A stretch of 64,000 bases of DNA. Source: Trichinella spiralis (taxonomy: Eukaryota). This document shows, piece by piece, positions 1 to 11,658 of the stretch. The stretch spans positions 5,557,053 through 5,621,052 of the forward strand of contig NW_003526941.1 in NCBI RefSeq assembly GCF_000181795.1, given 5' to 3'. Below the pieces are notes generated by a model, which was not told the origin of the DNA, made no database searches, and saw only the letters and a list, made by a program, of their open reading frames with translations. How positions within the stretch are numbered: the first letter of the stretch is position 1; the number at the start of each line of letters is the position of its first letter. Made by a program: the position numbers and the translations under genes.

Positions 1-962
1 GAAGCTTGATCAGTGTTGATTTGTTGGTATCATTTTTGACAGACTGATTGATGAAAGAATGATGCTTCAAGTGGTCTGTTTGGTCTAATGAGTATTTAAT
101 GTGGAATTCAGTTTCTTTTTGAAAAATTTTCGATTTTCACATTTCAACCTGATTTCAACAGCTTCACCAAGGCGCTGTGCTATTATTAGTATTATTATTA
201 TTGGCATTTTTGATATTGAATAGGCTAGTTTGAGATGGTTTTCCTGTTTTCTTTTGCTAATTTGATGATGAATCTTCAACGTCATGAAAAGCGCGTTCAG
301 CGTGACGAAAAGGCAAAATTTCAAATGTCTCTTCCATCATGCTTGATTTGTTTGCGAAATTTCACAAGTGACAAGACGTGATTGAAACTTTCATTTTCAC
401 TTCTTCAAAATTGAACTGACACGCGGAATAATAATAATAATTCCACGGGCGAGAAGGGAAAATAAATTAACATTTGTTCACAAAAGAATTTGAAGCGTTT
501 TTTCAAGTTTCCATTGGTAAAAACCATCGACTGGCGTGCAACTGGAACACTTCAAAGCACATACTGATTCGTATATGTTTATTTCTTTTTTTTCCTTAGG
601 TTTGGAATTTATCAATTTTGAACCATTTTATTCAATTTTATAGTAGTTTGTTCGAATGAACAGTTCCCAAATTTATACAACAGCCATTGATTGTTATCAT
701 GGCGATGATTGAAATTTTTGCCAACTTTCGCCTACTAGTTTGTTCTGAACTGAACTGAATATCCATCTGATAAATATCGTTTAACATGTTAAAGGCAATT
801 AAGTATAAACAACATTCACAAAAATATTTTTCCAGAACATAAAAATGGAAAGCAGTATATAATTTTAAAACAAGTAGGTTCAAATTTTTGTAACCTAAAA
901 TTTGTATACTGTAAAAGCGGGAGAAAGCTAGCTGTCCATCTAGTAGGGCAGTTTGGAATGGG

Positions 963-2752
963 ATGTCATTTCCAACTATTTCGTCGAGTTCTTTTTACGG
1001 ACAGCGCCCCAAAGCACCATCCAATGGCTTGTTGCAGCGCATTGAAGACAGTGTAAAAAAGTTCAAAGAGCATCCACTTGTATCTCCGCGTCGGTGCTCG
1101 TTGCACGATGACAAATATTGCTGGAAAATATTTCGACGTCAAAACGAAGCTCTCACTTATTTGAAATCATGCTCCAGTAGTGAACCGTTGAAATTGTTCT
1201 GTTTCGAATCGATTTCCATGCCTGCAGGCTGTCGTACCTTTCTCATCTCAACTGTTAGTCATTTTTGGAATGTGTACAAGAACCTTCCTGAATTCGGGCG
1301 TCACTGTTACGAGGTGATTCGTGAAGCTACCCGTTGTCGATTGTACTTTGATTTGGAATTCTATTTCAACTCGAATCCAAGCCACAATGGTGAGCAGTGT
1401 GTTCAAATGTGAGTGGAATTGTGAAAATTTGTTTTTATTCTTTATAAAAGTCTATTCCACACGAAAAATTAATGCTTACGTTGAAATTATGAAAATCGAA
1501 CTCTGAAACTTTTCAAATATACATATGTCTGTATACTGTCTTTTTTTAATTTTGAAATAATACTTGATTTCTGCGTTTTACTGACAAATGTACAGTATGT
1601 CTTCTTGTACTGTCGAAGGGAAGAATAATAATCAAGTTTAATTGTGTTTTTGTAAATTTATTTACTGTAAAGTTGAAATTAATTTATTTCAATTTTAGAT
1701 TTGTTTCTTTTTTATGTGAAAGAATTCACGAATCGTTTGGCATTGAATGTACGTACAGCTGTATAGTGGATTTGGATGCCAGTACGGAAAAGAAGTTCAG
1801 TCGTCATTTGATAGTGCATTTGCCCGAAAATGCGGTATTTGAAGACAATTTGAGTGTGGGCAATTTTGTGAAAGATCTCTGCGCCCGTTTGAAATCCATG
1901 TCCACAGAAGAACGTCGTGATCGTTCTCTGGAACAGTTGTTCGTAATCAACGACGACGGGCAGGAGACGTTGATCTGCGATCTGGGCGTTTACACGAGAA
2001 ATCGAAATTTCCGCCTTTTCCTATCCAGCAAGATGAATCAGAAAAATCCACTGAAATTGGCCAAAGCTTGCGAATTTTACACAGCTCGTGGCATTCAGCC
2101 GTCGGAGCAAGAGGTCTTTTTCGATTCTTTGATTGAAGTGCTCGACGAAAAAGAAGCGAACGTGCTTGCTTGCACTAGTGACAAGTTTGCACATTCTGTG
2201 AAGCATGCGGCACAGCAGCATTCTGAGCATTCGACGTTGAAAAATCAAGACGGTATATTGGAAGGCCGCCATGAAAGATCACCATTTCCGGAAATAGACT
2301 GCTTCTTTGAAGATTATTTGCAACGGCAGAATCCAGCCGCGGCGGTGCGTAGTTGGATTTATTTCAAAAATTGCCAACAGCTATTATTAGCCGTCAATCG
2401 TCGATTTCGCTATTGTCATCGTATTGGCCGAGAGCATCGTCGCAATCACATTATGTACATGGTCGATTTGAAAAGGGCCGTCTTTTACCAGAAATGCTTC
2501 GATCCGGATTGTCAAGCGGTCAATTATCGTTCCAATGATTTTGTGCTTCCTGACAACGTGGCCCAAAGCATTCGACAGACGCTTCAATTACAAGAGGAAC
2601 AGCAGCAAAATGCAACGCATACCCCAAGCGTTGCTTCGTCCAGCGGATCTCATTGGACTTTGTTGAACGAGAGCACCACTGATGAAGAATTACTGGCTTT
2701 GATCGCTCACTACGAATGTAATTTCCAACACATTCAGCACTGTGCACACTGA
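963..2752 (+). CDS. PRIMPOL: DNA primase-polymerase PrimPol (CCDC111); 2 exons (963-1408, 1699-2752)
   Basis: AEP motifs LYFDLE (DxE), KKFSRHL (SxH) and DLGVYTRNRNFRL; UL52-like Zn finger YCHRIGREHRRNH...YQKCFDPDC. A GT-AG intron 1409-1698 joins the two ORFs in frame (AT|A TTT GTT). Confidence 0.95.
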
Positions 2753-3977
2753 ATCGATGTTCGAAATATTTCGAATATATGCATTTCAAAAAATATTTCA
2801 ATTTTGTTGTAAGTTGACATTGTCAATTGATTATTTTAGCATTTGCATTGTTCGTAATATTGTAATAGTTGTAGAAAGTAAAAGTGAGATATATTGTATT
2901 TTCTTTTGCAGTTTTTATCAAATGTAATTCTTTTTCAGTGGTTACCTACCTATGCATGATATGCAGTATTTCATATTCGGTTTGCTTGATGGATATACTT
3001 GCAAAAGTCTTATTTTATTGAAGTAATATTTACATTATCAAATGTAAATATTAAGAGGCAGTACAAATGGAGAAGAAATGCGTAATTACTTTGCCCTCAA
3101 GGAAAGCATCAGTATGTAAATGAGGGAATAAAAATAGTTCACTTCAATACCTAAGGTAAATAGTAATTTGCTATATAAATCTGTGTTCATAGTTGGCTTT
3201 CTGAGTATGTAATTACGCTGTTAAACTGGGCGTCGCAATTTCATACTGCAAACTTGCAGGTAAGAAATAATTTTCATTCTTATCTTTTATACTCATTTTT
3301 CTCGTTTATTTATTATATTCTTATTATTCTTTTTCATTTTTTTATTCCGTCATGACTTCGTTCGTCATTACGTAACTAAGTACTGTATCAGTTGATCATT
3401 TGTTGAACTTATGAACAAATATGATTTTTAACAAACTCGCCACACTGTATCTGACTGTTATTTTTATCTTTTCGCTTTATTGCAATTTGTTTAGCTCAGA
3501 TATATCGTCTCCTTTTATAAATTTCATGGTTTTTTCATCAAACGAACGAAACCATATAGTTTGTTAGAGTTGATTGACCAAAATAGTGCAATGTTTTACG
3601 AGAAAACATTCAAATAACAAATAACGTTCTATTCTATAGTGAAGTTCCTAATGTTGTAATAGAATTTCTGGCTGACACGATTACTTCTATTCCATTCATA
3701 TATTATTTAGTGATTTTCTTCACATATCTATACAATGAATCAGAAATTTAAGACTAAAACAACTGAAAGCAGAATATTTTGCAAGCACGCAAAGACCTGT
3801 TTACCATTATTATTTGTTGCAATATGCTGCTCTGCTAGTATCTATTACTGGAATGCACATTTGTTCATTTTCAATCTTTTGAATGTGTTTACTGTTTTCT
3901 ACATATTAGAAAGCAACTTATCTATCACTGAATTTTGAAGGCGTTTCAGAAATTTATTTTCGAATTACTTTATCCAT

Positions 3978-5569
3978 GATGCTTGTATGCCAATCGCTGA
4001 TACAGTGGAATCAATTGCAGGATGGTCATGAAGTCGATTGTATGATCAGTAAAGCGCTGTTGCGTCAGTCTGAATTTCATGTGATCCCCTGCAACTATTA
4101 TAGGGGACCTGCTGCATGACTGATAGAAGCTTGTATGCCATACGTTCATATACGCCTTCCATACTTCAAGCTAGACGGCTGCGGACCGCTGCGCACAACT
4201 TGCTATCCATCCTTGAAAAAACAACTATCGTTTGTCGCGGAGTTTGGTAAGACATTTAACATTAATAGATTGTGCGCAGTCATGCGATTATGATCCCAAA
4301 GATTGAGGAGGGAAAGATTATTTCAATTTCTGACAGCCTCCTTTCTTCTATTATAGAACAAATTCACTGTGTTTCAACAAGATCAAAGATCGCGCTGATC
4401 TTCGTGCATTCTCCTCCTGCAATTCTGTTATGACTTTGAACAATGGCCAGGATCTATCCCAACGGCACTGGTTGCCAGGGCATTGTTTTCAGCGATAAAA
4501 AGGTGAGAACAGCTCTCGGCAGCTGTCTTCCTATCATGTATAGTTATTTTCGATTTCCTGGAAATGACATTACCCAATGAAGTATTCTTGCAGCCACTGT
4601 ATGCACAGCTGCTGATATTAGTCACCGGATGTTGATCCTCATCACTTGTGAAGCTGCCCAGTGGAGCGGTTTTACTCCATGATCGCATATAGATACTAAA
4701 GACAGCTCCGTGCCTAACAAAACAGGCATGAATATTGTTTAAGCTGATCGTGTACTCCCATGATTCTTGAAGAAGGAACTCAGAATTATTTTCTCATTTA
4801 AATCTTTTAAATCAATTGACAAAACAGGTCGAATTGCATATGACGCATCCCTGACTTCTTCCCCGCTACCACTATTTCCAATGTTGTAGGCATACATGCT
4901 TTCCTACTTAACTCTGGTGATCCAGCACCTTCTGCCGAAACAGTCGAAGTTGCCAGTCTATCTTTGATTACAAGAAAAGCATTCGTGCAATACAAATTAT
5001 TGCATCATCTAATTTCGAGCAGGTAAATTCAATCAATACAATAATTGTATTTCAGGTTATTTTTAGCATTCTGCAATGCTTCAGATTGATGAATTTTCGT
5101 TTCAGCGAATCTTAGCAATATAATTTGCATAATGATGCAATTTGACGTAATAATATGAAATGGGTAAATAAAAACGTAATAAATTTCATCGTCTAATTTA
5201 ATAACGTTGTTCATAATGTTCATTGCACTGCACTATTACAAATAGAGAATCAGGTTGTTCCACCGGAGACAAGTGCTTTGTAATTTGCATAATTTACATA
5301 TTATTACGATTGAATAAGAGTACTTTGTTCGCGTTGAATTATTCAGTTCAGTGCCATGCTGTTCGTCAGGCACGTGGTCAACTATATATCCGCTCCTTGA
5401 CGCTTCCATGAATAACCGGTAACAGTGATTTGATATTGCAGTTATGGTCTGCTTTGCATGTCATTTGTATTACTTTACTAATGTGGTGTATGGTAACTGA
5501 CGGTTCCCCATTTCTTTCTGTTGGTACTATTATTGCTAATTTTCAGATACTCACATCAAATACTGAACG
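3978..5569 (+). repeat. ~1.6 kb tandem unit, copy A
   Basis: gatgcttgtatgccaatcgctgatacagtgg at 3978 recurs as gatgcttttatgccaatcgatgacacagtgg at 5570 (period 1592). The ORF track shows paralogous peptides (MRSWSKTAPLGSFTSDEDQHP; MNIMNN.IKLDDEIYY). Confidence 0.95.
3979..5022 (+). pseudogene. Possible decayed Ulp1/SENP-like (peptidase C48) gene inside the 1.6 kb unit (also in copy B and on the - strand of the right arm)
   Basis: Ordered fragments across frameshifts and splice-like sites: LQ/LDGHEVDCMISKALLRQSEFHVIP, TLNNGQDLSQRHWL+(frameshift)GIVFSDKK, IVIFDFL, PATTISNVVGIHAFLL...RKAFVQYKLL. These resemble the C48 order WLxDxxID, HW, D(S)L, QxNxxDCG. Stops and frameshifts occur throughout, and no catalytic Cys is intact. 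Confidence 0.3.
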
Positions 5570-8233
5570 GATGCTTTTATGCCAATCGATGACACAGTGG
5601 GATCAACTGCTGGACGGTCATGAAGTCGATTGTATGATCAGTAAAGCGCTGTTGCGTCAGTCTGAATTTCATGTGATCCCCTGCCACTCTTATAGGTGAC
5701 TTGCTGCATGATTGATAGAAGCTTGTATGCCGTACGTTCATATGCGCCTTCCATACTCCAAGCTAGACGACTGCGGACTGCTGCGCACAACTTGCTGTCC
5801 ATCTTTGAGAAAACAACTATCGTTTGTCGTGGAGTGTGGTAAGACATGTAACATTAATAGATTGTGCGCTCTCATGCGATTATGATCCCAAATATTGAGG
5901 AGAGAAACATGATCTCAATTTCTGACAGCCGCCTACTATAGAACAAATTCACTGTGTTTCAGCAAGATCAAAGATCGCGCTGATCTTCGTGCATTCTTCT
6001 CCTGCAATTCTGTTATGACATTGAACAATGGCTAGGATGCATCCCAACGGCACTGGTTGCCAGGGCATTGTTTTAGCGATGAGAAAGGTGAGAACAGCTC
6101 TCGGCAACTGCCTTCCTATCATGTATACTTATTTTCGATTTCCTGGAAATGACATAGTACCCAATGAAGTATTCTTGCCGCCACAGTATGCAAAGCTGCT
6201 GATATTAGTCAGCGGATGTTGATCCTCATCGCTGGTGAAGCTGCCCAGTGGAGCGGTTTTACTCCATGATCGCATATGGATACTGAAAACAGCTCCGTGC
6301 CTAACAAAACAGGCATGAATATTGTTCAAACTGATCCTGTACTTCCATGATTCTTGAAGAAGGAACTCAGAATTATTTCCTCATTTAAATCTTTTAAATC
6401 AATTGACAAAACAGGTCGAATTGCATATGACGCATCCCTGACTTCTTCCCTGCTACTATAATTTTCAATGTTGTAGGCATACATGCTCTACCCCTTAACT
6501 CTGGTGATCCAGCACCTTCTGCCGAAACAGTCGATGTTGCCAGTCTATCTTTGATTACAAGAAAAGCATTCGTGCAACAATTATTGCATCATCTAATTTC
6601 GAGCAGGTAAATAAAATCAATACAATAATTGTATTTCCGGTTATTTTTAGTAATTTGCAATGCTTCAGGTTGAATTTTCGTTTCAGCGAATGTTAGCAAT
6701 ATAATTTGCATAATGATGCAATTTGACGTAATAATATGAAGTGGGTAAATAAAAACGTAATAAATTTCATCGTCTAATTTAATAATGTTGTTCATAATGT
6801 TCATTCCACTGCACTATTACAAATAGAGAATCAGGTTGTTCCACCGGAGGCAAGTGCTTATGTGATTTGCATAATTTGCATATTATTATAGATTGTATAA
6901 GAGTACTTTGTTTGCATTTAACTATTCAATTCGCTGCCATGCTATTCATCGGGCACGTGGTCAACTATATTTTCGCTTCTTAACGCTTATGTTTAGGCAC
7001 CTTAATCAAATAACGCTGTCATATTACTCTATCGCTTTCATGAATAACCGGTAAGAATAATTTTTGATATTGTAGTTGTGTTATGCTTTGCATGTTATTT
7101 GTATTACTCTACTAATATGGGGTATGGTAACTGACGGGTCTCTTTCTCTCTTTTTTTCTGTTATTATTATTGTTGCTAATTTTCAGAAGCTCACATCAAA
7201 TGCTGAAGACGAATAAGTAAGTATGACTGTTTTTTATCATGACCTAACTGCACTGATATAATTTGTTTTCAGAATTTCCATTATTTCATATTTATATCAG
7301 TCAATGTGAAACAATCATATTATGAAGAGTAATAGATAATGAAACAGTGCATCATAATAAGTTTTTACTGATTTTTATTTATAGTTATGGTTTTATCCAG
7401 ATTCTGGAAATTTCCGTAATGTTGAAATTGTTCTTTAGCAACGCCAGTAACACCACATCACTTTATTCCTAACTGCCACATTATGTAAGTAATATCATAG
7501 TAGACATTTTTAATGTCAATTTTATGTTTACATGTACACAACAAGTAAGTAAAACAATGTCTCTGCTCCATTGATAACACTGCGTCCAGTTTTTATAAAC
7601 TGAAAATAGCAATTGCAATGATACTTATATATGAAACAGTCATTATGAAAAGTAATTGAAGACGAATAACAGTGCATCATAATTTCTAAATTCCATTTGT
7701 TTTTAATCGGTATTTATTATTTAATCCGTTTTTTGGTTTAATCATCTTCCTGTCGATGCTTTTACCGTGCAAATCAAGTGTTCCAAGTGTTCCTCTTCTG
7801 AGCTACTTCATCGTAAGAGTAAGAATGAATTGGATAGAAGAAATCAGGATTCGAAGAGGTTTGGATTCGCAATACCATGTGCCACAGTGGTTGCTGATGT
7901 TGCCATCATAGTGTTCATAAAAGGTAGGGCAAAAGTAAGTATTGAATTTGTTGAATTAAATAGCAGGAAGATGCGAGTATTAAATGTATATTGAACGATA
8001 TAACATCTATAATAACAGATTTCGTTATCTCAACCGAACTTTTTTCATGTTCTTTTTGCTCTGGAAACTGTGGTACGTCAGGCTCCCATCAATTCGTTTT
8101 AAATGTGGCATCACAAACATCGGGAAGTATTGAATTTGCTCCTGATTGCAGTTAAATACGTAAAGTGTGCACATTTTATCCACGGCAGCATTGCATTATC
8201 ACCATTAAGCAAGTACGACGTTTTTTCTGATGG
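4955..8233 (+). repeat. Left outer arm of long inverted repeat
   Basis: For example 7560-7700 and 7980-8130 match the reverse complements of 12200-12335 and 11760-11915 almost base for base. Confidence 0.95.
5570..7207 (+). repeat. ~1.6 kb tandem unit, copy B (carries an extra ~55 bp at ~6985-7040)
   Basis: Colinear with copy A. Ends at tttcagaagctcacatcaaatgctgaa, equivalent to tttcagatactcacatcaaatactgaa at the end of A. Confidence 0.95.
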
Positions 8234-8274
8234 CTCTTTGATTTGAAGTTGACGCGATGCCGTTCCTCAGTGGT

Positions 8275-9050
8275 ACTAGTGTGGTTTCACTTATCATAAG
8301 AGTAAGAAAGAATTAGATGATTGTAATTGTAGCAGATTACGTTGAGACAGTAGAGTAGTGTTCGTATATATTCTGCCAACGTATTAGTGGCAGTTGCTTT
8401 CAGTGCGTTCCCAATGTGATATGACAAAAATTAAGTTGTTTTTGTTTATAATAGCTGTGGATTACGTCTTCTCATGAAGCCTGTACTGTTGCCAACCTGT
8501 GTTCGCCTGGAATTCATGGCGTTTCCTAGCCGTTCCACTGTGCCTTTGCTTATCACAAATAGAAAGAAGGAATTCGACATTGTTTATGGTAGTAATCAAA
8601 TGCGTTAAATCAATATAACTAGTATGTCGCTCAGTATCCTGGTATTTTGTTTTTGATAGCAGTAGATTATAGATAAGAGAATTGCCGTTCAGTCGCCGCC
8701 GTGAAGGCCTTTCCTACAGGTTCCAATGTATTGTTCGTTATTACATGGGTAAGGAAGTATTTTTCATAGTAGCAGATTACAATCAAAGAGTTCCTACTGA
8801 TGCCGTTGCATATTGATTGAATTTGCCGTGGAGGCGTTCCATTGCGGTCACAGTGTTGCTTATTTAATGTTTCCTTTAATGTTTTAGTGCGTAACTGTGA
8901 AGATTAGAGCTGCATCCTGAATGACCGCTATCGAATAACGTATGAGTAAGTTTCAAATTTCAAATAAATATTTAAGAAGCAATGAAATACACTGTTATTC
9001 GTCTTCAGTTACTTTTTATAATATGCCTGTTTCATATCAACTTTAACTTT
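8275..9050 (+). repeat. Left inner (older, diverged) arm; pairs with ~10588-11294
   Basis: ctagtgtggtttcacttatcataag...gcagattacgt (8277) vs rc of acgtaatctgcaac...tgatacgtgaaaccacactag (11225-11294); actgttattcgtcttcagttacttt...atatcaactttaac (8991-9048) vs rc of 10590-10640. Confidence 0.8.
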
Positions 9051-9273
9051 TTATACATTTGGTATATATATACTGCTATAATTTTAGAATAGTGGAAAGT
9101 TTATGGATGGATATTTAACGAAGATCAGAGTTGAGGTCTTCATTTTGTAGTTGTATTGTATTGTTTTTAAGGTATGACTTTTCACTCAGTCGCAGAGCTT
9201 CACTTCACTTTGTTATTTTTAGGTATTTTATTAAGCGATACTCAATCATTAAGCGTAGCGTTAACAGCGTAGC

Positions 9274-9452
9274 ACAGGTAAGTAGCGTCAACGTAAGCGC
9301 ATTGGTAAGTGGAGTACAGGTAAGTATATTCTACCAGGTAAGCAGAGGTAAGTAGAGTTCTGGAAAACAAGTGAGAGAAAAGAAGAGTACAGGTAAGAAT
9401 ACAGAGGTGGAGGACAGGTAACTGTACTATAAAGGAGAGTACATGTAAGTAT
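9274..9452 (+). repeat. Array of ~9-10 AGGTAAG(T)-like motifs (5' splice-site consensus)
   Basis: aggtaagt at ~9276, 9318, 9346; tggtaagt 9303; aggtaagc 9336; aggtaaga 9391; aggtaact 9416; atgtaagt ~9443. Confidence 0.85.
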
Positions 9453-9489
9453 AAAAAGATGAGAATGGGTAGACTGGTCTAGAACACCT

Positions 9490-9830
9490 CGAAAAATTAC
9501 CTAAGGGCAAATAAAAATTTGCATATTACCTCCAAGCGGTTAAAAATTTGCATAAAACTCCCCTGAGGGCAAATATTGTGCAATAAAGTGCCATGGGCAT
9601 AGCTGGAGGGAATATGCAAATTTTTATTTGCCCTGGGGCATAGCCTGGGGCGAAAGCCTGGGGCTATATTTTAAAAAATTCGAAATTTTCGAAATTTTGC
9701 CTGAGGCATAGCCCGGGGCGTAGCCTGAAGGCACAAAAAAATTTGCATATTACCCCCAGGTGATTAAAAATTTGCATATTCCATTAAATAGAGCCCCTTA
9801 AGCTGTTTAAAACTGCATTTGCATATTATC
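9490..9830. repeat. GC-rich core of the palindrome: 31-bp hairpin, six ATTTGCAT octamers, GGCATAGCCTGGGG repeats
   Basis: 9504-9534 vs 9604-9634 inverted with one mismatch. ATTTGCAT/ATGCAAAT at 9517, 9546, 9614, 9741, 9770, 9817. ggcatagcc-like units at ~9596, 9637, 9650, 9705, 9718. Confidence 0.85.
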
Positions 9831-9839
9831 CTACCATTT

Positions 9840-10279
9840 CTTACCCTCTTACATGATACCTCCTTTACTTTTCATGACTTACCTTTCCAACTATACTTAC
9901 CTTTTAATTATACTTACCTTTACTTTTCATGACTCACCTTTCCAACTGTACTTACCTTAATTATACTTACCTTCACCCTGTGCACTATTCTGACTTACTT
10001 ACCTGACTTACTTCTTAACTTACAACTGCATGTAAATTATTCTTACCACTTTACCAAGTACGTTTTTGATTCATGGTGACGATTCAATCCATTGCAACCT
10101 TTTCACTTCACCAATTTGCACCTATATGCTGCACTATGCACTGTTTTACAATAATCCCTGACTTACCTTTAGACGTAGCTGCCTACTACTTAGCTCACTA
10201 CTTACCTGCCAACTTTTACATTTATACTTACCTATACCTTTTACTCTACTTACCTGACACCTGTACACTGACTTACCTC
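9840..10279 (-). repeat. Array of >=12 ACTTACCT-like motifs (AGGTAAGT on the - strand), including a ~54 bp tandem duplication
   Basis: acttacct at ~9877, 9895, 9912, 9949, 9965, 9997, 10161, 10200, 10226, 10247, 10271. ctttacttttcatgact(t/c)acctttccaact(a/g)tacttacctt occurs twice (~9863 and ~9918). Confidence 0.85.
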
Positions 10280-10587
10280 TACACTGTTTACACATTGCCT
10301 GTCTGAATTCGGATCTAAAATGTATTCCTGCCTAAACGTAATCTTGAAAACACTGATATCATAACGATTGCAAATGGATATCTGAAAAGCAATGAAACTA
10401 TATAAAACCTGAAAAATTGAAACGACAATTTACACATGCAAAAGTAAAATGTACATCATGCATACCACGTCAAACTGGGCAGCATCAACTAGTAGTAGTA
10501 CATATTGATGACGTAATGAATATTCTTAACAATCTTGTAAAAATCACATGCGTAATCTAAAAATATGTGTTCTGAAAAGTAGAAGCA

Positions 10588-11294
10588 TGTTAAAGTTGAT
10601 ATAAAACAATTGAAAAGTAATTGAAGACGAATAACAGTACATCGTTGTTCCGTATTTACTATGTATACAAATTTGCAACAGTTACGCGCTGAAATATTCA
10701 ATTGAACATGCTTACTCTGAGATAAGCAGCACCGCACTGATAACCACTATCACTGATCAAAATGAACAAAATCTTTGTCACTTATTGCCGAGATGCACAG
10801 ATCACGGTGGCGATGCCATACCTGTTCGATTGCTTACGTATACGTATCAAAACAAATTCAATACTTACTGATGTTTGTGATGCTGTTTCGAATGCCTTGA
10901 TACCAACTCTGTGCGCCAAGATGCCGAGCAACCTAATACCTGTTCGACTGTTTTAACGCATATTGCTGCCATAAACAATTCTTTCCTACTCTTTCAGTTA
11001 AGTCAAACCGAACTGGGACAGTTGTTTCCCGGGAACTAACAAGCGATGGCACCAGTACGGAATTCATGGGATGTCGCAATCCATAGCTATTATGAACAAA
11101 ATCTATAATGATGACAAATTGATGTAAAACAAATTGCCATATTATTTCAGGAACGCAATGATCACAAATCGCACTAATAGGTTGGCCAGGAATATATAGA
11201 AACCAACGCTGCTCGACGGTCCTGACGTAATCTGCAACTATTACAATCATTATTTAATTATTTCTCACTATTATGATACGTGAAACCACACTAG
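10588..11294 (-). repeat. Right inner (diverged) arm; pairs with ~8275-9050
   Basis: Reverse-complement similarity blocks listed for the left inner arm. Confidence 0.8.
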
Positions 11295-11658
11295 GACGGT
11301 TGGAGAATACCATTAGGCCACCTTCAACTAACGCCCAACGCAACTGGTAGGAACGCCATATCTGTTTCATGGTAATGATTCAATCCATTGCAATCATGGA
11401 CAAAATTTATTTTTGTGATTCACATTCAAAACTGATTCTGTCCACCGCAACAGGAACTCTAAATGACTACTATTACAAATGTTATCTAACTCTACCTATA
11501 TCTAATTCTGTAATCTCCTTATCTTATAAAACAAAGACAATACTTACTGATTTTTTTCAAGCCCATTTTCAATGCACTGATGCCAACTTCAGCTTCCATC
11601 GTAGCAGGATTTATAGGGTCACCGAAACTGTTTGATCGAATTTCAACTAACTCAGAAT

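Noticed and set aside
1..890. Short minus-strand ORFs (85-324, 638-883) as a divergent gene upstream of PrimPol
   Set aside because: No recognisable domain. The ATG at ~340 hits a stop after 27 codons, and no consistent exon chain could be built.
9274..10279. CRISPR array or U1 snRNA genes (ACTTACCT matches the U1 5' end)
   Set aside because: Eukaryotic context, repeats only ~8 bp with irregular spacers and no cas genes. No U1 stem-loops or Sm site follow the motifs.
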